A program made the translations under genes and the position numbers. Shown in pieces: positions 1 to 8,020 of a stretch of 27,505 bases of DNA (positions are counted from its first letter, which is position 1; each line of letters begins with the position of its first letter). The notes below the pieces were generated by a model. The model saw only the letters and a list, made by a program, of their open reading frames with translations, ran no database searches and was not told the origin of the DNA. The stretch comes from a virus. Taxonomy: Duplodnaviria; Heunggongvirae; Uroviricota; Caudoviricetes. The stretch lies in the IMG/VR virus record IMGVR_UViG_3300001687_000947, one strand, 5' to 3'.

Positions 1-3000
1 ACTTTTACTGGGGATGATACTGCATGGACAGAAGTTGGAACTTCACCTTATCTTGATGCTCAGGATCAACCAACTAATTATATCTATAATGCTAGTAAAA
101 AGGCTGCACAAGGATATTTTGGATTTGAAGATTCTGGATCTCTAGGTGTTATTGGTACTGTTAACTTAGAAATGTATGGTTGGAACGCAAGTGCTCTTGA
201 TGTTCATGATCTTGATATGAATGGTAATGCGTATAACATTTCATTTCCACAAGGTGCTTGGGGATGGAGCACAGTTGATATTACTTCAGATTATTCTGAT
301 TGGTCAATTATTTCAAACGCTTCTTTACAAATTATATCTGAGAACAATAATAATGCTGTTAGTATTGATGTGGCTAGAATAGTTGTTTATTATGCTGCAG
401 GCTCTGAAACTGCTGATGTTTACTTAACATCTTTATATGGAAACTTAGCTAATGTTTCACAAACATATGATTTTATTAATGATATTAGGAATACCGTTAA
501 TAAAAGCATTGATGGTTTTCATACCTTATATGTTTCAGCAAGTAAATTATATTCTTTTATATGGGATGATATAAGTCAAGTATCTAGTACTCTTACAGGT
601 ATTTATAGTTATATTTTACCTAAAGTAGATAAGGTATTAACTGTAATACATAATAATTTAAGTAATGTCTCTAAGACTATAGAAGGATTATATAAAAGAT
701 TTGAACGTTTAGGTCAAAATGATTTTAGTAATCACCTTAATGTGTTCCAGATAAGAGATTATGTTGATGCAATTAATAGTATAGGATATGATATTAGTAG
801 TGGACTTGAGCAAGTAAGTAAATTGCTTATTTCAATATGGAAAAGCTATGCTAATGTTGATGTTACATTAACAAGCTTATCTAATATTAAATCATATGTT
901 ACTAAAGCTAGTTCTATGTTATATGATAATCTAGTTGCTGTTAGTAGTCAATTATCTTCTTTATGGAAAAATATTGCATCAGTAAGTAAAACAGTAGTTA
1001 TTGATTATGGTTTTGCTGGTTTAGTTAATAAACTAATTACTTTAACACATGGTTTACTACAGAACATTAATGCTACATCATCCTTTAACTTTAATGTTAA
1101 AACTAAAGTTAATCAAACTATATCTTCAGTACATAAATTGCTTAGTAATGTAAGTAAATCAAGTGTTATTGGATACAAACTATTACAGAATATATCTAAG
1201 TTACTTGGTATAGAATATAATGTTGGCATAGGATGGTTAAGTGGATGGAGTTACCGTAAGCAACATGTCTTTAATTCATTAACTGGAGCTGGATCTAATT
1301 ATCAAGCAAAGTTCATTGGGCATCAAGATAGTGGATCTGATTCTGGAGATAATGTTTACTTTAACTTTAAAGTTAATCCTGACTATAGTGATATTAGGGT
1401 AACAAAGGTAGATGGTCTTACTTTAGTTGATAGTTGGTTAGGAGAGAATAAGAGAACAGTTAGTATTGCTACAAGTAATGCTAGGGATCAGGGAATACAT
1501 AATATTATTAGACCTTCAACTTATTATTTTAATGGATATACTTACTTTGGTTATATTGGTCACAGTACTGATTTTGATGTTTATATAAAACGCTTTGATC
1601 ATAGTACTAAACAATGGTCTAGTCCCGTGTATGTACATGATGGTTATGATAATCATGGGGCTCCTTGTATATGGGTTGATGCAGATGGTTATATTCACGT
1701 TATAGGATCTGGGCATGATGCTGCTTATTTACATCATTCAGTTTCTACCAATACAGAAGATATTTCTGCTTGGACTGCTCTAGATGATATAGATGATGGA
1801 TCTTACGCTACTAGTTATCCAACTATATATCAGGATCCAACAGATAAAGATACTGTTTGGTTATTAGCTAGAGAGGGTTATGCTTCAGATTCAAGTTGGT
1901 TTATATGGAAATCTACTGATGGTGGTACAACTTGGAGTCTTAAACAAACTATTGTTGACTATGAAACTGCTCAGTATGTTATGCCAGGACAAATGTATGA
2001 TGGTAAGATATATTTAATATTTCTTGAGTATGATTATGGTGGAAATGGTAATGTTGATTACTTTGCATTCTATTTTGATACTAGTGATAATAAATGCTAT
2101 GCTCCTGATGGAACTGATTTAGGAACAACTGTTACTACTTCAGAAGCTTTGTCTTATTGTCAAGTAATAGATAGTCAACCATATAATATTGGGGGTGCTG
2201 TTACTAGAGTTGGAACTACTGGAGACTGGTATATTATAGCTAATGTTGAAGATAGTAGTGAATCATTTTGGAGACTTAATCTTTATAAATGGAATGGAAG
2301 TAGTTGGGATATGACTACGCTTCAAGAGATACCCATTTCAAAGTACATTGAGTTTAGAGTATTAGATGAAAATGATCTTCAAATATGGTTAGGTTGTAAT
2401 GATGCTTCTACTACTTACCAGACTGTTCAAGAATGGAGATATAAAGATGGAAAGTTTACTCATGTCCGCAATTTATTCTTAGGCTCTGATAGTCCTTATA
2501 CTGTTATGTACATTAAGTGGCAAATTCATAGTAATGGAATTGATTTACTCTTTGCTGATCAATATCTTGGTCAACCTAGCACAGACATTAAAGTTTATGC
2601 TTATTCTTATAGTGGAATCTTTGGAAGTGATCAAGATATTTGGGTCAAAGTTCCAGAGGATATAAGCTCTAATCCTTATACTATTTATGTTTACTATGGA
2701 AATGGTGGAGCTAGTACCGTTAGTTCCATTATAGATACCATGTTAGCTGGAAATGATGGAGTAGAAGGAAACTTTAGTGAAGAAACTGTTGGAACAGGGT
2801 CTCTTGAAACTACTTTAGATGTTTATAGAAGCTCTGGTAATTCTACTGGTGATGCTTATGTAGCTGGTTATGATATTACTAATTGGAACTGGTATGCTAG
2901 TGTTGAGAGAATGGATGTTGCTAGTAGCAGTTTATCTTCAGATAATGATGAAGTTATCTTTGGATTATTTGATTCTGATACTATTGATATTACTGGAACT

Positions 3001-5151
3001 AGTGTTAATGTTGATGCTAAGAGAAGATTTGTTGTTACTAGAACTGCTCCAGGATCTGATCTTTATAGCAATTCTATTATGGTAGCTTATTATGATGATG
3101 GTGGAACCATGAGAACTTGGGATGGAAGTGCTTGGACTACAAATACAGTTAGAACTTCAGCTACTTATGATGTTCATGTTGATATGTGGAGTGATGGAAG
3201 TAACTTATTTGCTGATATATACAAGGAAACAACTAATACTAGCTATTTTAGTTCTTCTGCTTCTATTTCAATCTCAAGCGTTGATACTTTTACTAATGGA
3301 ACTGTCTTAGTTTATGGTGAACCTTATACTGATAAAGGTTATATTACTACTCAAGTGGATGATTTCTATATTAGGAAATATGTTGGATCTGAAGTAACCA
3401 ATGGAACTTGGGGAGAAGAAGAAAGTGAAGGAATCTTTGTCTATAAACTATTAGTGTTTATGTTTGACAGTATTGGTGGAGTAATTAAGCAACTTGCTAG
3501 TATATTTGGAATAAATAATGTTGTTAATACTTCAGTTGAAGCTATATATAAACTCAGAGAAAACGTATTTAATACAACTGCATTAAAGTATAATATTCAA
3601 TCATTGGTAAATAAAACAAGTTCATTTTTACATAATATTTTAGCTAATGTGTCTAGTTCAACAACTATGAAATATAATTTGAATACAATTGTTAACAAGG
3701 TACAATCATTACTATATGATATTATTGCTAAAGTTTCTAATAATACAGAATTAACATATAATATTAGAAGTCTTAAGGAAAGGACATTATCTTTATTATA
3801 TTCATTGAAATCTAAAATAAGTAATTCTGTTACTATGGGATATGAAATTAGAGAGTATATATCTAATTCAATTAGTTCAATTTATGGTTTGCTTAGTAAT
3901 GTATCTAATACATTAGAAGCAAGATATGGTTTAATAGCTAAGGTTAACAAGCTATTCTCCAGTTTCTATGATGTTATTGTTGGTGGAATAGTAAATACTA
4001 CAATATCATTATCTTACAGTTTAGTATCTAAAGTTAACCAGTTACTTAATAGCTTATATGATAATAGAGTTACTAGAGAAAAACTGAGCTCATTTGGATA
4101 TAATCTTAAGAGTAATGTAAGTAAAGCAATATCAATATTATATAAACTTAAGGCTAATATAAGTGATATACTTAATGGAAATTGGACTATTAGTGAAAAT
4201 GTTAGTAATTCAATAGTTGCTGGTGGATATAATATACTTGAAAATGTTACTAAGATATTAGATTCAATATATGACAATATGACTAACGTAAGTAAAACAT
4301 TAGAATCAATATATAATATTATAGCAAAACTAAATGTTAATGTTGAAATATCTTATGAAATTAATAAATTAGTAAATGCTACATTAAGTTCATTACATAA
4401 GTTATATGCTAATATTTCAAATAGTATAGTATCTGAATATGGATTACGGACTAAGATATCTAAAGTGTTATCAGCATTTTATGATATAATAGTTAGTGGA
4501 ATAGTTAGTAAAACATTAAGTTTAACTCATAGTTTAATAGCTAAAGTAAATGATAGTTTAGATGTTAAATATAGTATTATGTCATTAAGAGATAAACTGT
4601 ATTCATTCAGTTGGAAACTTAAAGAAAATATAAGTAAATCAATAATATCACCTTATGGTTTAAGAGCTAATGTAACTAAGCAATTAAGTTCATTCTACAA
4701 TATTATAGTTTCAGGTATGGTTAATTTACAGTTTGTTATGTCATATAGTCTTAGACAGAACATTAACAAGTTGCTTTCATCTAACTATTCAATATTAGAA
4801 CTTATGGGCAAAACAATGGAGTTAGGGTACAATATACTTAGTAATATAGATAAATTGTTTATTGGTAATTACAATAATATAGTTAATGTAATTAAGTCAT
4901 TTAGTTCAAACTATTTAACTAAAACTAATATAAACAATTCACTTTCTTCAATGTATACCATAGTAAGTAAAGTCTCTAAGATATTAGTTTCTAGCTGGTA
5001 TATATTATCAGGTTATATAACTTCTATAATAACTGAGGTTATTAAGCCAACAAGCACTTACATAGTAGTATCAGGTAAGAATACATATGAAATAATTAAG
5101 AAGAAAGCTAGATATATACTTAAAACATTATTAAAGAGAGGAGAATCTTAG
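1..5151 (+). CDS. Giant virion fibre/adhesin-like protein, 5'-truncated (>1716 aa): beta-sandwich domain, 14-aa repeats, DUF2341-like domain with inserted BNR beta-propeller and ConA-like domain, 14-aa repeats
   Basis: Frame 1 is open from base 1 (TFTGDDTAWTEVGTSPYLD...) into the annotated Met at 172, so the true start lies upstream of the window. Motifs: W-x-Y-R...SDIRVT...W and IWVKVP...IYVYYGN (DUF2341-like); DNHGAPCIWVDADGYIHV (BNR_4-like); Asp-box KSTDGGTTW at 1909-1935. Confidence 0.7.
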   Translation, partial: TFTGDDTAWTEVGTSPYLDAQDQPTNYIYNASKKAAQGYFGFEDSGSLGVIGTVNLEMYGWNASALDVHDLDMNGNAYNISFPQGAWGWSTVDITSDYSDWSIISNASLQIISENNNNAVSIDVARIVVYYAAGSETADVYLTSLYGNLANVSQTYDFINDIRNTVNKSIDGFHTLYVSASKLYSFIWDDISQVSSTLTGIYSYILPKVDKVLTVIHNNLSNVSKTIEGLYKRFERLGQNDFSNHLNVFQIRDYVDAINSIGYDISSGLEQVSKLLISIWKSYANVDVTLTSLSNIKSYVTKASSMLYDNLVAVSSQLSSLWKNIASVSKTVVIDYGFAGLVNKLITLTHGLLQNINATSSFNFNVKTKVNQTISSVHKLLSNVSKSSVIGYKLLQNISKLLGIEYNVGIGWLSGWSYRKQHVFNSLTGAGSNYQAKFIGHQDSGSDSGDNVYFNFKVNPDYSDIRVTKVDGLTLVDSWLGENKRTVSIATSNARDQGIHNIIRPSTYYFNGYTYFGYIGHSTDFDVYIKRFDHSTKQWSSPVYVHDGYDNHGAPCIWVDADGYIHVIGSGHDAAYLHHSVSTNTEDISAWTALDDIDDGSYATSYPTIYQDPTDKDTVWLLAREGYASDSSWFIWKSTDGGTTWSLKQTIVDYETAQYVMPGQMYDGKIYLIFLEYDYGGNGNVDYFAFYFDTSDNKCYAPDGTDLGTTVTTSEALSYCQVIDSQPYNIGGAVTRVGTTGDWYIIANVEDSSESFWRLNLYKWNGSSWDMTTLQEIPISKYIEFRVLDENDLQIWLGCNDASTTYQTVQEWRYKDGKFTHVRNLFLGSDSPYTVMYIKWQIHSNGIDLLFADQYLGQPSTDIKVYAYSYSGIFGSDQDIWVKVPEDISSNPYTIYVYYGNGGASTVSSIIDTMLAGNDGVEGNFSEETVGTGSLETTLDVYRSSGNSTGDAYVAGYDITNWNWYASVERMDVASSSLSSDNDEVIFGLFDSDTIDITGTSVNVDAKRRFVVTRTAPGSDLYSNSIMVAYYDDGGTMRTWDGSAWTTNTVRTSATYDVHVDMWSDGSNLFADIYKETTNTSYFSSSASISISSVDTFTNGTVLVYGEPYTDKGYITTQVDDFYIRKYVGSEVTNGTWGEEESEGIFVYKLLVFMFDSIGGVIKQLASIFGINNVVNTSVEAIYKLRENVFNTTALKYNIQSLVNKTSSFLHNILANVSSSTTMKYNLNTIVNKVQSLLYDIIAKVSNNTELTYNIRSLKERTLSLLYSLKSKISNSVTMGYEIREYISNSISSIYGLLSNVSNTLEARYGLIAKVNKLFSSFYDVIVGGIVNTTISLSYSLVSKVNQLLNSLYDNRVTREKLSSFGYNLKSNVSKAISILYKLKANISDILNGNWTISENVSNSIVAGGYNILENVTKILDSIYDNMTNVSKTLESIYNIIAKLNVNVEISYEINKLVNATLSSLHKLYANISNSIVSEYGLRTKISKVLSAFYDIIVSGIVSKTLSLTHSLIAKVNDSLDVKYSIMSLRDKLYSFSWKLKENISKSIISPYGLRANVTKQLSSFYNIIVSGMVNLQFVMSYSLRQNINKLLSSNYSILELMGKTMELGYNILSNIDKLFIGNYNNIVNVIKSFSSNYLTKTNINNSLSSMYTIVSKVSKILVSSWYILSGYITSIITEVIKPTSTYIVVSGKNTYEIIKKKARYILKTLLKRGES
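412..1227 (+). repeat. N-terminal block of about 18 degenerate 14-aa (42-nt) protein repeats
   Basis: Translation parses as VSKLLISIWKSYAN/VDVTLTSLSNIKSY/VTKASSMLYDNLVA/VSSQLSSLWKNIAS/VSKTVVIDYGFAGL/VNKLITLTHGLLQN etc.; V/I at position 1, aromatic or His at position 9. Confidence 0.8.
3481..5016 (+). repeat. C-terminal block of about 36 degenerate 14-aa protein repeats
   Basis: Manual parse from VIKQLASIFGINNV to VSKILVSSWYILSG gives 36 units of 14 aa (a few 15-16 aa) with the same consensus as the N-terminal block. Confidence 0.85.
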
Positions 5152-5154
5152 ATA

Positions 5155-5162
5155 TTTATATA
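5155..5162 (+). promoter_or_regulatory. Archaeal-type TATA box (TTTATATA)
   Basis: Intergenic; begins 31 nt upstream of the GGTGA SD (5186) of the 5198 gene. Confidence 0.55.
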
Positions 5163-5197
5163 TAACATGGAGATTATATTAGGATGGTGATAAGTTA

Positions 5198-5527
5198 ATG
5201 ACTAAATATACGTTAACAACTAATGATGTAAAGTATATAGAAGTATATATTAAAGATAAGAGTGAAATTACTGGAAGTATTACACCACATGATCTTTCAG
5301 GTGCAGATAGTATTGTGTTTAGAATGCGTTTATATGGTTCAACAGCTAATGCAATAGAAGTATCTATGGAAACAGTTGCTACTCCTTCATGTACTCTTGG
5401 GTTCTGTAGAGCACTAGTTACTATTCCAGCTATTGGAAACTACGTTTCTGAATATGAAGTGTTTGAAGGCATAAACCATGATACTTGGGAAGGTCATACT
5501 TATAAGGTAAGAGATGAATTGGGGTGA
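5198..5527 (+). CDS. Small Ig-like virion protein resembling the BppU N-terminal domain
   Basis: 109 aa, GGTGA SD at 5186. Pattern DLSGA-x-IVFRM...G...GNYVSEYEVF...TW resembles the BppU_N family as recalled. Confidence 0.5.
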   Translation: MTKYTLTTNDVKYIEVYIKDKSEITGSITPHDLSGADSIVFRMRLYGSTANAIEVSMETVATPSCTLGFCRALVTIPAIGNYVSEYEVFEGINHDTWEGHTYKVRDELG

Positions 5528-5533
5528 TAAATT

Positions 5534-6202
5534 ATGCCAGTACATGCTAGTTATAAGAAAATGATTAATTCTATGGGTAAAACCTATAAGACAGGTAAAG
5601 TTGAGTGTAAAAAACTTAGTGATGGTTCTCAAGTTTGTGTAAGTGAGAAAGCTTGGAGTGTATTCTTTGGATGGTTAAATAAACATAATAAGAAGGAAAC
5701 TGAAGCACTTGCTGTTGGTGGAGAAGCTGTTCAGGCTATTACACCTAAAATATTTGCTACTAAGAAGAACACTAAGAGATGTGAAGAGTTCTCTGGTTTA
5801 ACTGATGAGGACTTACATTATAATCATGCTAAAGCTCATGCTGAATTTGCTGAGTTAGGTGATGAAGCATGTAAGGTTCACTTTAAGATTGCTAATGAAA
5901 TGATTAGGCGTGGTATTCCACATATTGAAAGAACTAATTGTGATATAGTTGTTTCTCTTAGTATCAACTTAGATAAATTGGATATTTCAACGGAAAATGA
6001 TAAGGAAAAACTTAAGACTAAACTTAAAGCATGTAAAGTTATGTTATTTAGGTTAAGTCAAGGTGTACCATTTGAATCTGGTGTATTTAAAGGAATGAGT
6101 CTTGAGGAACAGAAGCATATGATTAAGGTGTTTATGAGGAAACTTAAGCGTATGATAGGTAAAATTGATGGTATGATTATTGAAGATATACCTAGAGAGT
6201 AA
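5534..6202 (+). CDS. Hypothetical head-module protein with a His-rich H...H...H...EMxRRGxxH motif
   Basis: 222 aa, GGGGTGA SD at 5521-5527, codon style like its neighbours; function unknown. Confidence 0.75.
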   Translation: MPVHASYKKMINSMGKTYKTGKVECKKLSDGSQVCVSEKAWSVFFGWLNKHNKKETEALAVGGEAVQAITPKIFATKKNTKRCEEFSGLTDEDLHYNHAKAHAEFAELGDEACKVHFKIANEMIRRGIPHIERTNCDIVVSLSINLDKLDISTENDKEKLKTKLKACKVMLFRLSQGVPFESGVFKGMSLEEQKHMIKVFMRKLKRMIGKIDGMIIEDIPRE

Positions 6203-6203
6203 G

Positions 6204-6216
6204 AAACCTTTATAAT
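6204..6216 (+). promoter_or_regulatory. BRE/TATA-like element AAACCTTTATAAT
   Basis: Intergenic; TTTATAAT begins at 6209, 30 nt upstream of the GGTGG SD (6239). Confidence 0.55.
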
Positions 6217-6248
6217 GTTATATATAGTGTATTTAACTGGTGGTCAAT

Positions 6249-7157
6249 ATGGATAAGATAGCTAAAGAGCTAATTGCTGATAATATGGCATTAGGTAAAA
6301 GAGTTAATGAGCTTGAGAGTCAATTAACTAAGTATACTGAAGCTGAAATGTCTTATACTTTCCAGATTGTTGGTTTTAGTGAAACTGATAAGGGTGTAAT
6401 TATCAGGGGAGTATTCTTAGCTGAAGGTATATGGAAAGGATTAAAGTTTGTTTATGAGAACATGAAGAAATTTGCTGATATGTTTATTGGTACTAGTCTT
6501 ATGAAGGATCATGGTTGGGACCCTAAATATGGTAATATGCAAGGTGGTAAAGTTACTAAGGTTATTCCAGTTGATAGTCTTAGAGCATTAGCTTTTGAAG
6601 GTTTAGTTACTCATCCAGCTTTTATAGAGCTTGTTGAAACTGGCGCAGTTGATAGTATTTCACCTAAAGCTAACTGGATGATAGATGAAAGTACTGGTGA
6701 ACAGGTAGTTGTTGGTGTTGAGAAATCTATTGAAGCAAGCTTAACTGCTGTTCCAGTATGTGATTTCTGTAACATATTTAGTGTTGGATTATCATATTAT
6801 GAGCAAGAGTTAAATAATAGCTTAGATAATATTACTAATATGCCTGTAGTTAATGATGATGAAGAAGGCAATATTATTTATACTGAAGTAAGTCTAGCAA
6901 AGTGGACTATTGCTTATATAAATGATTTACCTGATAGTGCATTTGCGTATATTTCTGCTGGGGGTAAAAAGGATTCTAGTGGAAAGACTGTTCCTAGAAC
7001 TCTTAGACATTTACCTTATAAGGATAAAGATGGCAAGATTGATTTACCTCACTTAAAGAATGCTATAGCTAGAGCTAAGCAAGCAAAGATTCCAGCTGAA
7101 GCTAAAACTAGGGTTATGACTAAACTACAGCGTATATTAAAACGGATTAAGGGGTGA
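6249..7157 (+). CDS. Prohead (capsid maturation) protease with a C-terminal LPDSAFA (DUF6582-like) domain
   Basis: Protease-like order FLAEGIW...LMKDH (His)...DSIS (Ser)...EASLTAVP, located upstream of the MCP. Start moved from GTG 6240 to ATG 6249 because GGTGG at 6239-6243 is a well-spaced SD. Confidence 0.75.
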   Translation: MDKIAKELIADNMALGKRVNELESQLTKYTEAEMSYTFQIVGFSETDKGVIIRGVFLAEGIWKGLKFVYENMKKFADMFIGTSLMKDHGWDPKYGNMQGGKVTKVIPVDSLRALAFEGLVTHPAFIELVETGAVDSISPKANWMIDESTGEQVVVGVEKSIEASLTAVPVCDFCNIFSVGLSYYEQELNNSLDNITNMPVVNDDEEGNIIYTEVSLAKWTIAYINDLPDSAFAYISAGGKKDSSGKTVPRTLRHLPYKDKDGKIDLPHLKNAIARAKQAKIPAEAKTRVMTKLQRILKRIKG

Positions 7158-7164
7158 TAATGTT

Positions 7165-7629
7165 ATGGTAGAGAATGATGAAGGTAATTCTGGTGGTAAT
7201 GTTAATGATGATACAGACTATAAGAAAATAGCTGGGGAAGTTGTTAAACATATAAATATTCCTGAGAAGGTTGATGAAGAGAAGCTTAAAGCTGATATAC
7301 TTAAAGAATTTGAGGGTAAAATACCTGAGAAAGTTGATGTTGAAGATATTATTAATAAGGCTGTAGAGAAAGCAAGTGAGAAGATACCAGAAAAGGTAGA
7401 TAGGGAAGCTCTTAAAACTGAGATTTTAACTGAAATTAAGAAAGATATTCCTCAAGCAACTAATGAGGAAGATATAATAACTAAAGCCATTACTGCTATG
7501 GAAGAGAAGTTAAAGCCTCCAGAGCCTAAGAAAGTAAAGATTAGGCATGACAGTAGAACTGCTGCAAGACTTATATTGGGGGATTCACTTGAAGATGTGC
7601 AAGTAAGGGAAGGTGAAGAGGATGAGTGA
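7165..7629 (+). CDS. Acidic helical scaffold-like protein with four 21-aa repeats
   Basis: 154 aa, E/K-rich, between protease and MCP; GGGGTGA SD. Confidence 0.55.
   Translation: MVENDEGNSGGNVNDDTDYKKIAGEVVKHINIPEKVDEEKLKADILKEFEGKIPEKVDVEDIINKAVEKASEKIPEKVDREALKTEILTEIKKDIPQATNEEDIITKAITAMEEKLKPPEPKKVKIRHDSRTAARLILGDSLEDVQVREGEEDE
7258..7509 (+). repeat. 4 x 63-nt (21-aa) tandem repeat starting IPEKVD
   Basis: Pro codons at 7261, 7324, 7387 and 7450, exactly 63 nt apart; DNA CCTGAGAA(G/A)GTTGATG is still recognisable. Confidence 0.85.
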
Positions 7630-7912
7630 GAGTAAAGATGCTATGATTAAGATGCTTATTGAGCAACTTTCAACTAAGGATCAAGATAAGAGAGAACTGG
7701 AGAAGAAACTTGTTGAGTTATCTGAACAGATAATTGAATTGAAGAACAGTATTAATAACGCTAATACTCCAACTGAGAGAGCTGTTCCACTTTCACAGCT
7801 TAGAAATATGCTTAATGAAGCAACAGGATATGTGCAGAAGGATCAAACTAAGAAAGATATTGATACAACTATTGATATGATTTTAGAATATGCTAAAGCT
7901 GAAGGTTATTAA
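7622..7912 (+). CDS. Short coiled-coil protein, scaffold-like
   Basis: Heptad-like LEKKLVELSEQIIELKN immediately upstream of the MCP; ATG 7622 preferred because GGTGA at 7612-7616 is an SD. Confidence 0.55.
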   Translation: MSESKDAMIKMLIEQLSTKDQDKRELEKKLVELSEQIIELKNSINNANTPTERAVPLSQLRNMLNEATGYVQKDQTKKDIDTTIDMILEYAKAEGY

Positions 7913-7960
7913 AATATACCTTTAAGGTAAGGTATATTCCATATTTTTATTTGTTTTTAT
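7913..7960 (+). terminator. Stem-loop followed by a T-rich tract
   Basis: Perfect 10-bp inverted repeat AATATACCTT (7913-7922) / AAGGTATATT (7929-7938) directly after the stop codon, then ATATTTTTATTTGTTTTTAT. Confidence 0.6.
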
Positions 7961-7973
7961 GTATATTATATTG

Positions 7974-7987
7974 TAACATTTATATAT
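7974..7987 (+). promoter_or_regulatory. MCP promoter, BRE/TATA (TAACATTTATATAT)
   Basis: TTTATATA begins at 7979, 31 nt before the GGTGG SD (8010); an identical 14-mer occurs at 27263-27276. Confidence 0.6.
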
Positions 7988-8020
7988 GACCTTACTGTAG
8001 TTTATATACGGTGGTCTATA

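Noticed and set aside
172-174. Annotated starts at 172, 6240, 7613, 10651, 12302, 12712, 24972 and 25501
   Set aside because: These are longest-ORF starts. SD spacing favours downstream ATGs; 172 is internal to a truncated gene, and 12712 is better explained by frameshifting.
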